Assembly (NCBI RefSeq): GCF_006345805.1
Contig: NC_043001.1
Location: 64,046,001 to 64,110,000 of the forward strand
Direction: 5' to 3'
DNA from: Octopus sinensis
Lineage: Eukaryota
Length of the DNA stretch: 64,000 bases
The translations under genes were made by a program, and so were the position numbers. Below, piece after piece: positions 1 through 12,779 of the stretch (its first letter is position 1; each line of letters opens with the position of its first letter). Under the pieces are notes generated by a model, which searched no databases, was not told the origin of the DNA, and saw nothing but the letters and a program-made list of their open reading frames with translations.

Positions 1-1592
1 TTACAGACATGAATTGTTGAAGTTTCATGTCGATGTCTGGCGAGGATAGACATTCAGGCCAGTTTTGTTTGAAGATCTCTTTCTCAATTTGTTTCCAGTT
101 TGCCTTATGGAAGTTCAAGCTGGAAAGATTCTGAGGGTTTCTTGTAGGCTGCATGTCCATGCTTTCCTTTGGCCCGTACATGGTCAGCTCTATCATGTTG
201 TGATCCGAGAGTAGTGTCGGTGTCACTTTCACATTATGGATGGGATCCATATTATTTGTGAAGCAGAGATCCAGTATGTTACCTGCCCCGGTTGGTTGGA
301 GTATTACTTGTTCCATGTACAGAGTGTTGATGAGGTTCAGGAGGGACCTCGCCTGTCCTCGTTCACATCGTGTCATTCCTGGGAGACAAAGGCCCTCGGG
401 CCATCTGACATTGGGTAGATTGAAGTCTCCCATAAGAAGTACACTTATGTGTTGTTCTAATGTGACTAGAACTTCTATTTTTATAAGGCAGTCTTCAAAC
501 TTGCCTACTTGGGCATCTGGAGGGCGATATGTAGCACATATAACTACACCAAGTTGCCTCATATGTACAATTAGTGTGTCACGCACCGAATTTGAGTATG
601 ACAAAAGGACCTGGGGTGTGAGGTCCTCACGGGTGTACATAGCAACTCCTCCATGACTCCTTTCTTTTCTGTCGGTATGTGTAATTCCGCATCTGCTATA
701 TCTGGTTTCAGGTGTGTTTCCGTAAGTGCTATGCATAAGGCTTGATTGCATGCAACAAAGTCTCTCAAGAACGGGATTTTTGTCCTATTACTGAGTGTTA
801 GCAGTCCTCTGATGTTCAGTAGGAGCATCGAGGTGAGGTGTATACTGTTGCCGGTGGTGTCCACCTTGGGTTTATTTGCTGTGGCGGTCTTGTGTATTGT
901 CGATAGTCTCATCTGTGAGTTTGAGTTTGATGGAGCCAGGTTAGCTGCTGTACAATCTTTTGTGCCATGCACAAAAAAGATTCTTGTTCAGCAGCTGCCC
1001 TTTCAATAACATGTTGGCGGTTTGTAGCATGCACTACATCTGCGTACCTCCGTTTCGGGGCAGGTGGTGCGTGGTCCATTCCTTTCCCTTTCGGTTGTTG
1101 GTTTCTGACCTGTTTCATGTTTATGTGGCAGGGTCTTTGATGTGCAAAATAGCAGCCTGCACCTTCCTCTCCATGCAAGCAGACACCTTTCAGGTGGAAT
1201 TTACACATTCGTGTGCGCTGTCTGTTTCTATCCTTTTTGGTACATGGATAGTCAGGTTTGCTTCTGTCCTTGGCTGTTTCATCTTTTGGTTTTGTTTGAG
1301 TTTTAGTTTTTCCTTCTTTGGCTGTTTCCTCTTTTGTTTTTCTTTTAGTTTTTCCTCCTTTTATTTCTTTTTTGGCTCTTTCATCTCCATGGTTTTGGCT
1401 TTGGCTTTTGGTGCTGGTAGGAGCACTTGTACTTCCCGGGCAGGTTTCTCACCTGAATCTTCTTTGTTGCTGTCCTGGGTGTCTACCAAGTGGGGGTGAC
1501 ATCTTTCATCAGCACACGCGCCTCCATCCTTGCCATCTTTACTTTGTCCGTTGTCAAAGATGGCATCAAGCGTGCCAATGTGAGATCTTATG
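1..1592 (-). mobile_element. CR1/L2-group non-LTR retrotransposon remnant (ORF1 with CCCH finger, then APE endonuclease of ORF2); runs off the window start
   Basis: Minus-strand frames give ORF1 CKFHLKGVCLHGEEGAGCYFAH. ORF2 starts MLLLNIRGL...CIALTETHLKPDIADAELHIP and continues after a frameshift with DFNLPNVRW, PTRAGNILDLCFTNN and LSDHNMIEL, typical APE motifs. A SINE cuts the 5' side at ~1593. Confidence 0.8.
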
Positions 1593-1593
1593 A

Positions 1594-1832
1594 CTCTTTT
1601 ACTTGTTTCAGTCATTTGACTGCGGCCATGCTGGAGTACCGCCTTTAGTCGAGCAAATCGATCCCGGGACTTATTCTTTGTAAGCCCAGTACTTATTCTA
1701 TCGGTCTCTTTTTTCCGAACCGCTAAGTGACGAGGACGTAAACACACCAGCATCGGTTGTCAAGCAATGCTAGGGGGACAAATACAGACACACAAACACA
1801 CACACACATACACACACATATATATATATATA
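1594..1832 (-). mobile_element. SINE family 1, 3' half
   Basis: Reverse complement of the 3' half of the copy at 1834-2220, including the GACTGAAACAAGTAAAAGAG tail and the internal (CA)n/(TA)n tract. Confidence 0.85.
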
Positions 1833-1833
1833 T

Positions 1834-2220
1834 GCTAACCAACCACATGGTTCCGGGTTCAGTCCCACTGCGTGGCATCTTGGGCAAGTGTCTTCTGCTA
1901 TAGCCCCGGGCCGACCAATGCCTTGTGAGTGGATTTGGTAGACGGAAACTGAAAGAAGCCTGTCGTATATATGTATATATATATATATATATGTGTGTGT
2001 ATATGTTTGTGTGTCATGTTTGTCCCCCTAGCATTGCTTGACAACCGATGCTGGTGTGTTTACGTCCCCGTCACTTAGAGGTTCGGCAAAAGAGACCGAT
2101 AGAATAAGTACTGGGCTTACAAAGAATAAGTCCCGGGGTTGATTTTCTCGACTAAAGGCGGTGCTCCAGCATGGCCGCAGTCAAATGACTGAAACAAGTA
2201 AAAGAGTAAAGAGTAAAGAG
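1834..2220 (+). mobile_element. SINE family 1 (tRNA-derived), slightly 5'-truncated
   Basis: B-box-like GGTTCAGTCCC, CTTGGGCAAGTG central motif, internal microsatellite and (GAGTAAA)n tail. Homologous copies at 59508, 63652, 18955 and 57250. Confidence 0.85.
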
Positions 2221-2250
2221 ATGTATATATATATATATAATATATATATA

Positions 2251-2303
<53 letters not shown>

Positions 2304-2305
2304 AC
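2221..2305. repeat. (TA)n microsatellite
   Basis: Directly visible. Confidence 0.95.
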
Positions 2306-3273
2306 AAATAAATATATGCCTATCTAAAATTGAATAATTTTAGAGAGATGTAACGGAGCTGAAACAGAAACCGAAAGATTATTAAAGAAAGTAAACAGAG
2401 AATGGCCCTTACATTGAATTACGGGAAAATAAATAAATGAAAAGGGGTTAGAAAGATTGAGCGCCTGAGAGAAGAAAGATGGTGTGATAGAGAGAAGTGA
2501 AGAGACAGAGAGAGAAAGACAAGAAAGAGAGGAGGTTACGAAGCGGAAATAGAAAATGAAAGATTATTAACAGGATGTAAATTATAAATATATACCTGTC
2601 CGAAGCTACAAACGTTTTCTTCTAAACTAAACTAATTGCGACTATACTTCTAATGTTCGCGTCTATATATTTAGGGAGATTGAGGGGCTGAGTAAATATA
2701 TATATATATATATTTAAACAAATTTATTTATATATTTATTTATTTATTTATTTATTTATATATATATTTAAACATATTTATTTAAACAAAACAACTTTTA
2801 GACCTATTCTATATAAACTCAGTACTAATTCAGTCAGTATCTATATTATAACCACTAATTTAATAAACTTACGTTAATTTAAAAACTATAATGTAATTAA
2901 TATTCATTAATAAATTATATTTATTAATTAAATAAACATCTAAATAAATCTAGATCGAAATATATGATACAAATACATTTTGACTAATATATAAAAAATA
3001 TTATTACAAACTATAAACTAGATTGTCATTTATAACAAATATATATTATATATCAAATTAATATTCAAAACAAATCTTAAAATAATAAATTAAACTTATT
3101 ATATAAATAAAGCAATTTATATTTAGATCAAATACTTCGCTCATTAACTGAATAAATAAAGTACGTATTATCATTATAGATAAATAGTGCATAAAGAAAA
3201 AAAATTTTACTACATATTCAAAATTATTTATTTAACGTTACTAAAACTATTACCAATATATATATATATATTA

Positions 3274-3337
<64 letters not shown>

Positions 3338-3959
3338 CTTAATACTATTAATATTAGTACACATATAATAAGCATAATAATAATAACAATATCAAACACA
3401 ACAATAACAACAAACAAATAATGAAATAACTATCTTTTAATCTATGTTCATTAAATAAATTATATATGTAGTAATTAAATAAACATTTAAATATAATCTA
3501 ACACTAAGTATTTAAAAAAAACCTTTACTAACTCTTATTGACTTATATTCAAAACACCCTACAGAAATACAACCATATCACTACTTTCATTAATTAATTA
3601 ATTTATTTATTTAATAATAAATATTTAATTTAGACTTATTAAATTATGTAATATACAATATATAATTACATGCTAAATTATAGATTTAATACTAGTACAA
3701 ATTATAACTACAAATTAGAAACAAAATAGGGTTTAAATATAATCGCTATTTATCTAAAAATTTATTATATAAGTAAAGTAATTTGTGTCTACATTTAATT
3801 TTACGCTCGTTCAATGAATTAACTAATTTATTATGATTATTAAATATTATTTCTTTAAATCCACTAGAACATTAAAAACAGGAATACTACCTATACTATA
3901 TGATTTTGCCTTGCAAATTATCTCCCACTTTAAATCATACTTAATTCGTTGGGATTTAA

Positions 3960-6900
3960 GTTCCCATATACAATAATTGGAAATATTTTCATTCTTTTAT
4001 TCCTAATAATACAATGCAGGAATACCAAGCATACATGAGTAGGGACGGAACATGTGGTGGTAATGTTGAATGAGCTTCTATTAGGGAATTGTGCAATGTT
4101 GCAATTCAGGTCTACCACAAAAATGGCGATGAAATTCTTCTTCTTTTCACCATTTGCGGTCAAAGTTACAGAAAGGAAGATAGCAGTGTTATATAGTGGC
4201 GAAATTGACAACAGCCACTATGATGCTCTCTTTCTCGTAAACAATCATGAGCATGAAATAAATGGAGAAGGAAATGAATTATCATAAGACAGTAAGAAAG
4301 TCAAAAGAATGAGAATTCAAACACTTAATATGAAAATTGTGGAAGAAAGTAAAATCCATCGGAAAGTTAGGTTGTGAAAGATGAGGGAATATGAGAGGAG
4401 GACAAGAGAACAAGAAGCTGATAAAGACAGGGAAATAAAATTGCAGAGAAAGAAGGGAAATTATAGAAATAAAAGAATACAAGAAAATAAAAAAAAGACA
4501 AAGAAATACGATTGCAAAAGAGAGAGTAAAAGGTAGAATAAATAGAAAACAAAGTGAAAGTGACCTGAAATTACGACTAAAAAGGAGAAAACTTTCCAGA
4601 AAAAACAGCAGAAAAAGTATAGAGGATTTCAATGGCAAGGTGTAGCATTTCATTATGATCCTAATCGTGATTATGCATATGAAAAAATTGTCTCCTTGCA
4701 AAACATGCAAAACATGTGAAAAGTGTGGTCCTAGGAAGTGGGAGAAGAAATCATTAGGTATGTCCATTTACAAACAATTGAGCCTCCAGAACTTATAAAA
4801 CATCCTCTTTTGGGTACCACTTCAGAATCAAAACACTTTCTTAGAAATATTTGAGCATACATTTGTGCTTTTCAAATGACATCATTTGAGGCAAAAATTA
4901 TTAGGGAAAGTGAGTTTATGCCGACTTTTAAAGTGCAAGGACAAATTTATCACAGAATTGGCTCTCTTAAACCTTTACAGAATAAAGATTCACAATTTAT
5001 TCAAATATATTTTATAGGAGACATTCAAAAAGAAGCACAGTGTCGCAGCGAGAATTGTTCGGGTACAAGAATAGAACTTATTTTTAAGCTGCCAGAAATG
5101 CTTCACGAAAAGAATTCTTATGTGAGAAGCTTTCAGTATACTTTAGAATATACTTCAACTGCAGACTTTCATGTTGTCATCAATGCGAACAAAAGACCAG
5201 CTGAAGAACATGTCCTTCGATTCAGAGTGTAATGAAGTGGTTATTATTATGGTTGGAAAACAACATGGTAAACAGAATATTGTTTTGAAATATCGTGACA
5301 ATAGTATCACGTTCATAATTAAAACTCATCGTTCATATGATGCATTACACTATCCTTTGCTTTTGCTAATGGATGGCAGTTTGGTATACCACAAGTTGGA
5401 GGAATCACTTCCAAAAGTACTGTATCATGTATGGATTATTATGTTCATCGATTGATAATTCAAAGTAATTCGTTTAATCATCTTAACTATTGTCAAGATC
5501 TTTTTTACTTGTATGTTGTTGGTATGTATACCAAAATAGAGTCGGAGAGGTTGTGCTACATAAAAATGCACCAAAAAGAACTACATTCAGAATCGTATGT
5601 GCATTTACAAGATGGTATTAACAATGATATTGCTGGGACAGGGCTTGGACAACTTTGTATTCTCCCAACCAGTTTTACAGGAAGCCCAAAATATGTGAAC
5701 GAGAGGACGCAGGATGCCATGACTTACGAGCATCACTTTTACTTGCAATCCCAAATGGAATGAAATCCAAACTGAACTTTTTCTATTACAGTTATACATC
5801 AATAGACACGACCTAATTGCAAGAGTTTTTCATCTCAACATTTCGAAATTGATGGACTTCATAATTAAGTCTTACATATTTTGACCAGTACGATGCGACA
5901 TTTATACCACTGTATGGCAAAAAAAGGCCTACCTCTCACACATATATTAATCTGGGTTTTGCAGAAAATTCAGACTGATGAAATTGATTCCACAATCTCA
6001 GCAGAAATTCCAAACCCTACGAAAAACAAAGAACTTTATGACATTGTAAAATCGAACATGATTCATGGCCCTTGTGGTGACCTCAACCCAACTGCACTTT
6101 GCGTTGAAGTGTACTCAGGAATGTTTTTACTTTTGCTTCTCCATGAAATTCGTGGTGCCATATCTTTTATCGACATTCGAACTGTTGATGGTTATGTTTG
6201 TGCTTCGAATGGAGAAGCAGCTTTTAGGTTAGGTTTGTTACAGGATGACCGTCATTGGATGGCAGTTATGTCAGGGGCTTCTGTGTCTTGCACAGGAGGC
6301 AATTTAAGAACACTGTTTGCCATTCTCCTTAAATACTGTGATTTAGGAGATTCAGGATCAACATGGCTAAGATAGAGAAATTATCTTGCAGATTACAAGT
6401 ACCAAATTCAATTACAATGTCCTGGCACAAAATTAAAAAAATCAGTGATGAAATCTACAATGCCGCATTAATTGCCATTGAAGGCAAAGTTGTTTCTATG
6501 AAAGGTAATGAATTGTATGAGTATGGACTTCCTCATACCAATCGTTCTGGAAGACCTTACAAGATATACTAGAAAAAGTTTTTGATCAAATAGGAGGGCT
6601 TTTTTCTTGATGCTCTTGCAGGAACTGGCAAAACATTTGTCAAAATGCGACAAAAGAAAAAAATAGCTTTGTCTGATGCTTCTTCAGGTATTGCTGCTAC
6701 TTTACTCCCAGGAGGAAGAAGAGCTCACTCTACTTTCAAATTGCCCTTGAATATAGCTAGCATTAGGACACTAGTTTGTAATTTTATGAAAACATCTGTA
6801 ATGGGACAGATACTAAAGGAGTATCATCTCATTATTTGGGATGAATGTACGATGGCCAACAAAAAGTCTTTGGAAGCTCTGAATTGAAGCTTGCAAGGTT

Positions 6901-8010
6901 TAAGAAATTCTAAATTATTAATTGGTGGGGTTACCACTGTACTCTCAGGAGATTTCGTCAGACTTTGCCTGTAATTCCAAAGGGCACTAAGGCAGATAAG
7001 TTAACAGCATGCTTGAAGTCCTCCTATTTGTGGAGACATGTAACAAAAATGAGCCTAAGAACATGAGAACCATTCTTTCGGACGGTGTTTTGACTGAATA
7101 ATTTGCTCAAAATTGATGGAAACTTGGAGAAGGTAGGGTACCCCAAGATGAAAATAATTGCTTAAATATATCTCCAATTAGTATATCAGTTTCATTTCTC
7201 GATGAACTAATAAGTGTTTTTCCAAGTTTTTAAGACCGCCAACAAAACCATAAGTACTTAAGTGAAAGGGCATTACTTGCGCCAAAAAATATCAGTCAAC
7301 ACCATAAAAAATAAGTTATTGGACTGCATTTCAGGAAATACACTGACCTACAAATCTACAGATTCAGCTCCAGATCCTGCAGAGGCTGTCAGTTGTCTTG
7401 TTGAATTCTTAAATTCTTTGGAACCTTCTGGGCTTCCATTTCACTGACTTCTCATGCTACTACAGAACCTTGATCAGCCTCGGTTGTATAATGTTACTAG
7501 ACTGGTAGTTAAAAAGTTAATACATCATATTATTCAGGCTACTACTTTGATTGTGTGTTTTATGGGAGAGGAGGCACTTATACTGAGAATACCTTTGAGT
7601 CCATCTGACACAGAAATATCTTTTGTATTCAAAAGGCTACAATTTTCAGTGAAACTCAGCTCTGTTATGTTTATAAATAAATCACAGGGACAAGTGTTAT
7701 CTGTTGCTGGGCTACAACTCGAAGAAAATTGTTTTTTCTCATGGGCAACTGTATGTAGCATGTACAAGAGTTGGAAGTCCACGCAATCTTTTTACATATG
7801 CTCCTTCTGGAAAAACAAGTAACACTATTTGTAAGGAAGTTCTAAATTTAGAATAAATAGTTAATAAGATAAGCACATAACACAATTAAGGGGTGAAAGG
7901 ACATGGGCCGAAAATAGGAATTCTGAAAATGAAATGCAAAAATGTATTTAACATGGCAAAACAGTGTCATATTGCAGTTGGCTCCCGAGTAACACCAGGT
8001 AACCCTGATA
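3960..8010 (+). mobile_element. Helitron 1, decayed autonomous element (OTU - Zn finger - Rep - PIF1 helicase)
   Basis: Rep motifs ITFTCNPKWNEIQ (~5742), WQKKGLPLTHILIW (~5913) and MIHGPCG (~6058). Helicase motifs FLDALAGTGKTF, ASSGIAATLLPGGRRAHSTFKLP, IIWDECTM, SGDFRQ and INKSQGQ. Degenerate 3' hairpin CCCGAGTAACACCAGG at ~7984. Many stops and frameshifts; the 5' end is not identifiable. Confidence 0.9.
3965..4240 (+). pseudogene. OTU-family cysteine protease domain remnant within Helitron 1
   Basis: NNWKYFHSFIPNNTMQEYQAYMSRDGTCGGNVE*ASIRELCNVAIQVY, then in another frame IAVLYSGEIDNSHYDAL (OTU His motif HYD). The catalytic Cys motif is not readable. Confidence 0.65.
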
Positions 8011-8124
8011 TGTGTGTGTGTGTACTTCTTCTCTCAATGTTTTAAATATCAGATATTACAACTCTGCAAATAAAAAGTTTTTCAAAATTGCATTTGCTTA
8101 CCACTTTTTTGTTCTGCTTAATTT

Positions 8125-9093
8125 TGTAGCATATCTGATATCCTCACTGTTTGAGACACACAATAAGAATGATCTCGTTTGAGATTACCGCTATCTTTGG
8201 CTGGTTTGTTCTTGTTGTGTCCACTGATCTGATTGGTTGGCATGTGGCGCAGTTTGTCTCTCTACTTATTTCGCGCCACTGTGTAAAGCCAGTCAATCAC
8301 GGCCTTCGGATAAGGCCTGCTTCTTTGAGCCATTTTTTCCCTATAAAAAGGCCAGCTTTCACTATTCTTCGTCTTTCGACTCCAGACCTTCTATGGTCTA
8401 GTCACTGACCACAGAGCTGCTCAGCCATGTTCTAGTTACAGCGACAGACGATCAGTCAGCCCTGCTGTAGCTCCAGCTATGAAGACGCTATTATATATCA
8501 GCGAAAGACAACGTTTTCTATCTCCGCCGCCGTCATCACCATCGTCGCCATTCCACCGTCAACAGCATGTACACATAAAAAACAGGACCAAGTTTAACTC
8601 ACGCTGTTAGAGGGAACCTTTCACCAAATATAACAGTCAGTCCATCTAAAGAAATACTATATCAAGAGGCGTTGAGGCTCTAACCGCTGCATATTCGTCC
8701 AACCGGCCTTCGCCTTGAGACACAACATATTGTTATAGAACTCTTGCTATCGTGTACCTAATGAACTGGTAAACTAAACTCTATCTTTAACTCAATATGC
8801 TGAGACTTATCTTATGCTCTGTATTCCGTATTTCTGTTATACCCATTCACCTTATTTGTATCTGTCGCACACTCGGACACACAGGCACAAACACTTTCTC
8901 TTTGTGTCACAATGTAAATAAAGTCTTCTTCTCTCTCAAACATTAGAACGGTTTGTTGTCCTTCATTATATCTTTTGGCACTGTATTCATATGTCATGTA
9001 TCTGGTTTCTCTTATTTTGTTAGGGGGGACCGTGCGACGTCAAAAGGAGACATTTGTTGCCAACCTCCTTACGTACGGTCGTATAACCCTACA
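8125..9093 (+). mobile_element. Solo LTR, family A
   Basis: TGTAG...CTACA termini, 4-bp TSD ATTT (8121-8124 and 9094-9097), TATA-like CTATAAAA at ~8341, AATAAA at ~8916. Homologous to 27241-28152. Confidence 0.85.
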
Positions 9094-9348
9094 ATTTCAA
9101 AGTTATGTACGGTCACTGTTACACATTCATATCCATGTGTATACGTGGGTATACATGTGTAGAATACATCCCCACTTTTGGCACTATTTTGCTAGTAAAC
9201 AGTACGAACTGTGTCTAAAGTATATATGTATTACTACGCTGAATGTTGACAGTTCGTGTAACAAGAAAAAGTAAATAAACACGTAAACAATAACAATGCC
9301 TTCATTGAGTTGTCTATCAGCCCATCGAGAACGAAATAATGCATAACA

Positions 9349-9361
9349 TGGTGGCAGCGGT
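9349..9361 (+). promoter_or_regulatory. Primer-binding site complementary to the tRNA-Leu 3' end
   Basis: TGGTGGCAGCGGT lies immediately after the LTR. It is the reverse complement of the ACCGCTGCCACCA end of eukaryotic tRNA-Leu(AAG/TAG), recalled from known sequences. Confidence 0.8.
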
Positions 9362-9472
9362 AAATAATTAATCGGAAACTGTGCCTTTACAACAAAACAG
9401 GAACACAACAAACCAGAAATTTAACAAGCAAAACATCGCTTCATCTTCGGACACACACACACGAGGATCCAA

Positions 9473-10166
9473 AATGGCGGCTCCCGTCGCCGTACAGATG
9501 AATTTACATCCAATCATGAACTGGGACTCCGATGATATCGTGGAAGCATTTAAGAAATTCAAACAGAAAACTCAACTAGCTTTCAAAAGTTTCCTGAAAG
9601 GTACAACCGCCGATGAAAAGGTAAGCTACACCCTTTTATGGACGGGAGAGAAGGACCTAGACATATTCAATAGCTGGGAAATGTCAGAATCGGATTGCAA
9701 TAAGCCAGACACACCTTTAGAGATATTTGAAAGGCACATAGAGCCCAGATCAAACCATAGAATTCACAGATACGAATTCCAGGGCCTGAAACAAGACCCA
9801 CAAGAAACGATTGACAATTTCCTGTCCAGACTAAAGAATGTTGCCGAAAAAGGCAAATTCAAAGACAAGGACGAAAGAATTGTTGATCAACTAATATGGG
9901 GGTGTGCTCATAAAGAAGTCCAGAAATCCGTCATAGGTAAGGACGCTCTCCAGTTGATAGAAGCAGTAGACACTGCAAGAGCATTCAAAGCCACTACCAA
10001 ACAAATGGCCTCACTTACTTTACAAACAAGCGTACTAGGCAGCAGTGTAGATATTGTATCTAGACATAGGACGAAACATACCCGTAAACAAAGAACATGC
10101 CAGTACTGCATTCGGCACACACTGCAAAGCATGTGGAAAACCCAACCACTGGGAAAAAATGTGTAG
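9473..10166 (+). pseudogene. gag: Gypsy 1 gag, with frameshifted Zn-knuckle end
   Basis: ORF from MAAPVAVQMN with RIHRYEFQGLKQDPQETIDNFLSRLK. The knuckle CKACGKPNHWEKMC lies in another frame. Confidence 0.8.
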
Positions 10167-10277
10167 GCTAACAAAATCCCAGAAATACAAGCCCCAATTT
10201 TCAAAGAGGAGCAGAAATAGAAATCAAAGAGATTACATGCCCAACAACAAGAAGAAAACATCTCAGAGGAGGAATTC

Positions 10278-12560
10278 TTGGCAGTCAGCACAATAAATGT
10301 GCATGAGATGGGAAATGACGACCAGAAAAAAAATGAGGCATACACAACGATACGAATACAAAAGAAACGAATAAATGGCAAGAAACGAATAAACATTGAC
10401 TTAAGGCTAAAGATTGACACTGGAGCCCAGAGTGATATCTTGCCTGTCAACCTCTACAAAAAGATGTTCCCAGAATACATGACACAAGAGGATAAAATCA
10501 AAGAAGGAATCCTCACACCAAGTGATGTAATCCTCTATGCGTACGGAGGTACCAGGATTCCACAACTGGGCAAAACAACAATCTCAGGGACACACAAAAG
10601 AAAAATAATCAAGCGTTCTTTTTATATCACAAGAACAGAAGGACCAGCAATACTTGGACACAATACATGTAAAAAGCTTAATATTGTGTCAATCAATGGT
10701 GAAGTGAAGGCAGCTCCGAGCAGGATTGACAGAGATATTCCTATCAAAGACCGACCACCAATCACAAACAAAGAAGAACTGATAAACATGTACTCTGAAT
10801 GCTTTGACGATACAGTCGGGTGCTTTGTGAAATGTCGATACCATATAACAGTCGACCCCAATATCAAACCAATTGTTCAGCCATCTCGCTGCGTCCCTCT
10901 AGAACTAAAAGAGAAGCTGAAGGCAGAGTTGGACAGGATGGAAAAAAATGAAATAATCACCAAAGTGACACGACCAACAGACTGGGTGAATTCAATTGTA
11001 ATCAAAGAAAAATCCAATGGTGCCCTACGGATATGCTTCAACCCAAGGGACCTGAACAAGGCATTAAAAAGAGAGTACCATCTAATTCCAACCCTTGAAG
11101 AAATCACACCATCATTGGCTGGATCCAAATTATTCAGCAAACTGGATGCCAGTAATGGGTACTGGAATGTAAAGATAGACAAAGAGTCATCCATGCTCAC
11201 TACCTTCAACACACCATTTGGCAGATATCGATTCAATCGACTCCCATTTGGATTGAAGGTGAGATCTACCAAGGCTGCAAGGGAGCAATTGGGTAGCAAA
11301 TGATATCCAAATGCATGGCAAGGATGAGACCACACATGACCTGAATTTACACGAAGCTATGGAGATAACCCGACAAGCAGGTATCAAACTCAATGCAGAC
11401 AAGTGTGTGATAAAAGCAAAGGAGTGCAAATTCTTTGGAATTATATACTCTGTAGAGGGAGTTAAACCAGACCCCGCTAAAGTGGAAGCCATCAGAGACA
11501 TCAAAGAACCCAAAGACAAGAAGGAACTCAGGAGCTTCCTGGGACTTATCCACTACATAGGAGCCTTCATACCCAAGCTGGCCGATCACACTGCAAATCT
11601 CCGAGAACTAAACAAAGATGACGTAGAGTTTGATTGGTGTACTTCACACACACAGGATTTCAAAGCAATCAAAAAGCTCATCAGTAAGGAGACAACTCTG
11701 CAGTACTATGACAGACGCAAACCAGTAATACTCCAAGTCGATGCTTCTATGAGGGGAGTTGGCGCAGCACTGATACAGGAAGGTAAACACATTGCATATG
11801 CCTCGAAAGCTCTCTCTCCTACGGGGACAAGGTACGCAAATATTGAAAGGGAACTGTATGGCAGACATTTCAACATTGAAACAGACCATCGCCCGCTAGA
11901 ACAAATACATAGAAAAAACCTCACGAAAGCACCAGCCAGACTGCAAAGATTACTGTTGAGGCTTCAAACATACGACTACGATATCAGGTACAAGCCAGGA
12001 AAAGACCTGATATTGGCGGATGCTCTTTCCAGACTACCCTCACATGATAAACAGGAGATGGAAGGACTAAGCATAAAGGGCCACCACATTGTAAATGTAA
12101 CAACCACAAAACTAGCAGAAGTCAAAGAGGAGACCAGCAAAGATGAAGAACTCCAGCTCCTTACTCAGATGGTGATTCAGGGCTGGCCAGAAAAGAGACA
12201 TCAGGTGCAGCCCCTCATTCGTGAATATTGGGCCATCCATGATAATATATCAGTGGAGAATGGAATTCTGATGGCTGGATCCCGAATAATTATACCCAAG
12301 TCAATGCAAAAGGAGATTCTTGACAAGATCCATCAAGGGCATCTAGGAATGGAGAAATGCAAGCTCCGAGCCAAGTCAGCAGTATATTGGGTAGGCATGT
12401 AAAAAGACATAGAAAAGATAGTTTCTACATGCCACATCTGTCAAAAGTACAGAAACAACAAAAGGAGGAAATGTTATCTAGTGACATCCCAAGAAGGCCA
12501 TGGCAAATTATTGGAGTAGATCTGTTCACAGAGAGCCAAGAATGGTATTTGATAATGGCC
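10278..12560 (+). pseudogene. pol: Gypsy 1 pol (PR-RT-RH-partial IN), disrupted
   Basis: DTGAQ, LRICFNPRDLN, KLDASNGYW, RLPFGL, VDASMRGVGAAL, ETDHRPL and integrase Zn finger. The YxDD region is deleted at ~11270-11310. Confidence 0.88.
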
Positions 12561-12779
12561 CGCTAAAGTATATGTCTAAAGTATATATGTATTACTACGC
12601 GGAATGTTGACAGTTCGTGTAACAAGAAAAAGTAAATAAACACGTAAATAATAACAATGCCTTCATTGAGTTGTCTATCAGCCCATCGAGAACGAAATAA
12701 TGCATAACAGTAACAATTTTAATGTTCCGCATTTTTTTAGAAGTATGTTTCAAACATAGGAGATCATGATTCTACACAA

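Larger units (their letters stand above)
9117..12709 (+). mobile_element. Gypsy 1 (Mag-like) LTR retrotransposon with a deletion from integrase into the 3' LTR
   Basis: 5' LTR 9117-9348 (TGTTA...TAACA). Partial 3' LTR ~12573-12709 with 2 mismatches to the 5' LTR. Near-perfect 5-bp TSD GTCAC/GTAAC, a PBS, gag, and pol with protease LKIDTGAQ, RT, RNase H and integrase HQGHLGMEKC. Confidence 0.92.

Noticed and set aside
1361-1753. 130-aa ORF as a host gene
   Set aside because: Chance in-frame fusion of SINE sequence to LINE ORF1. The same SINE peptide appears at 63524-63835.
2690-3950. Mitochondrial insertion (NUMT)
   Set aside because: AT-rich, but no mitochondrial protein, rRNA or tRNA motif could be read.
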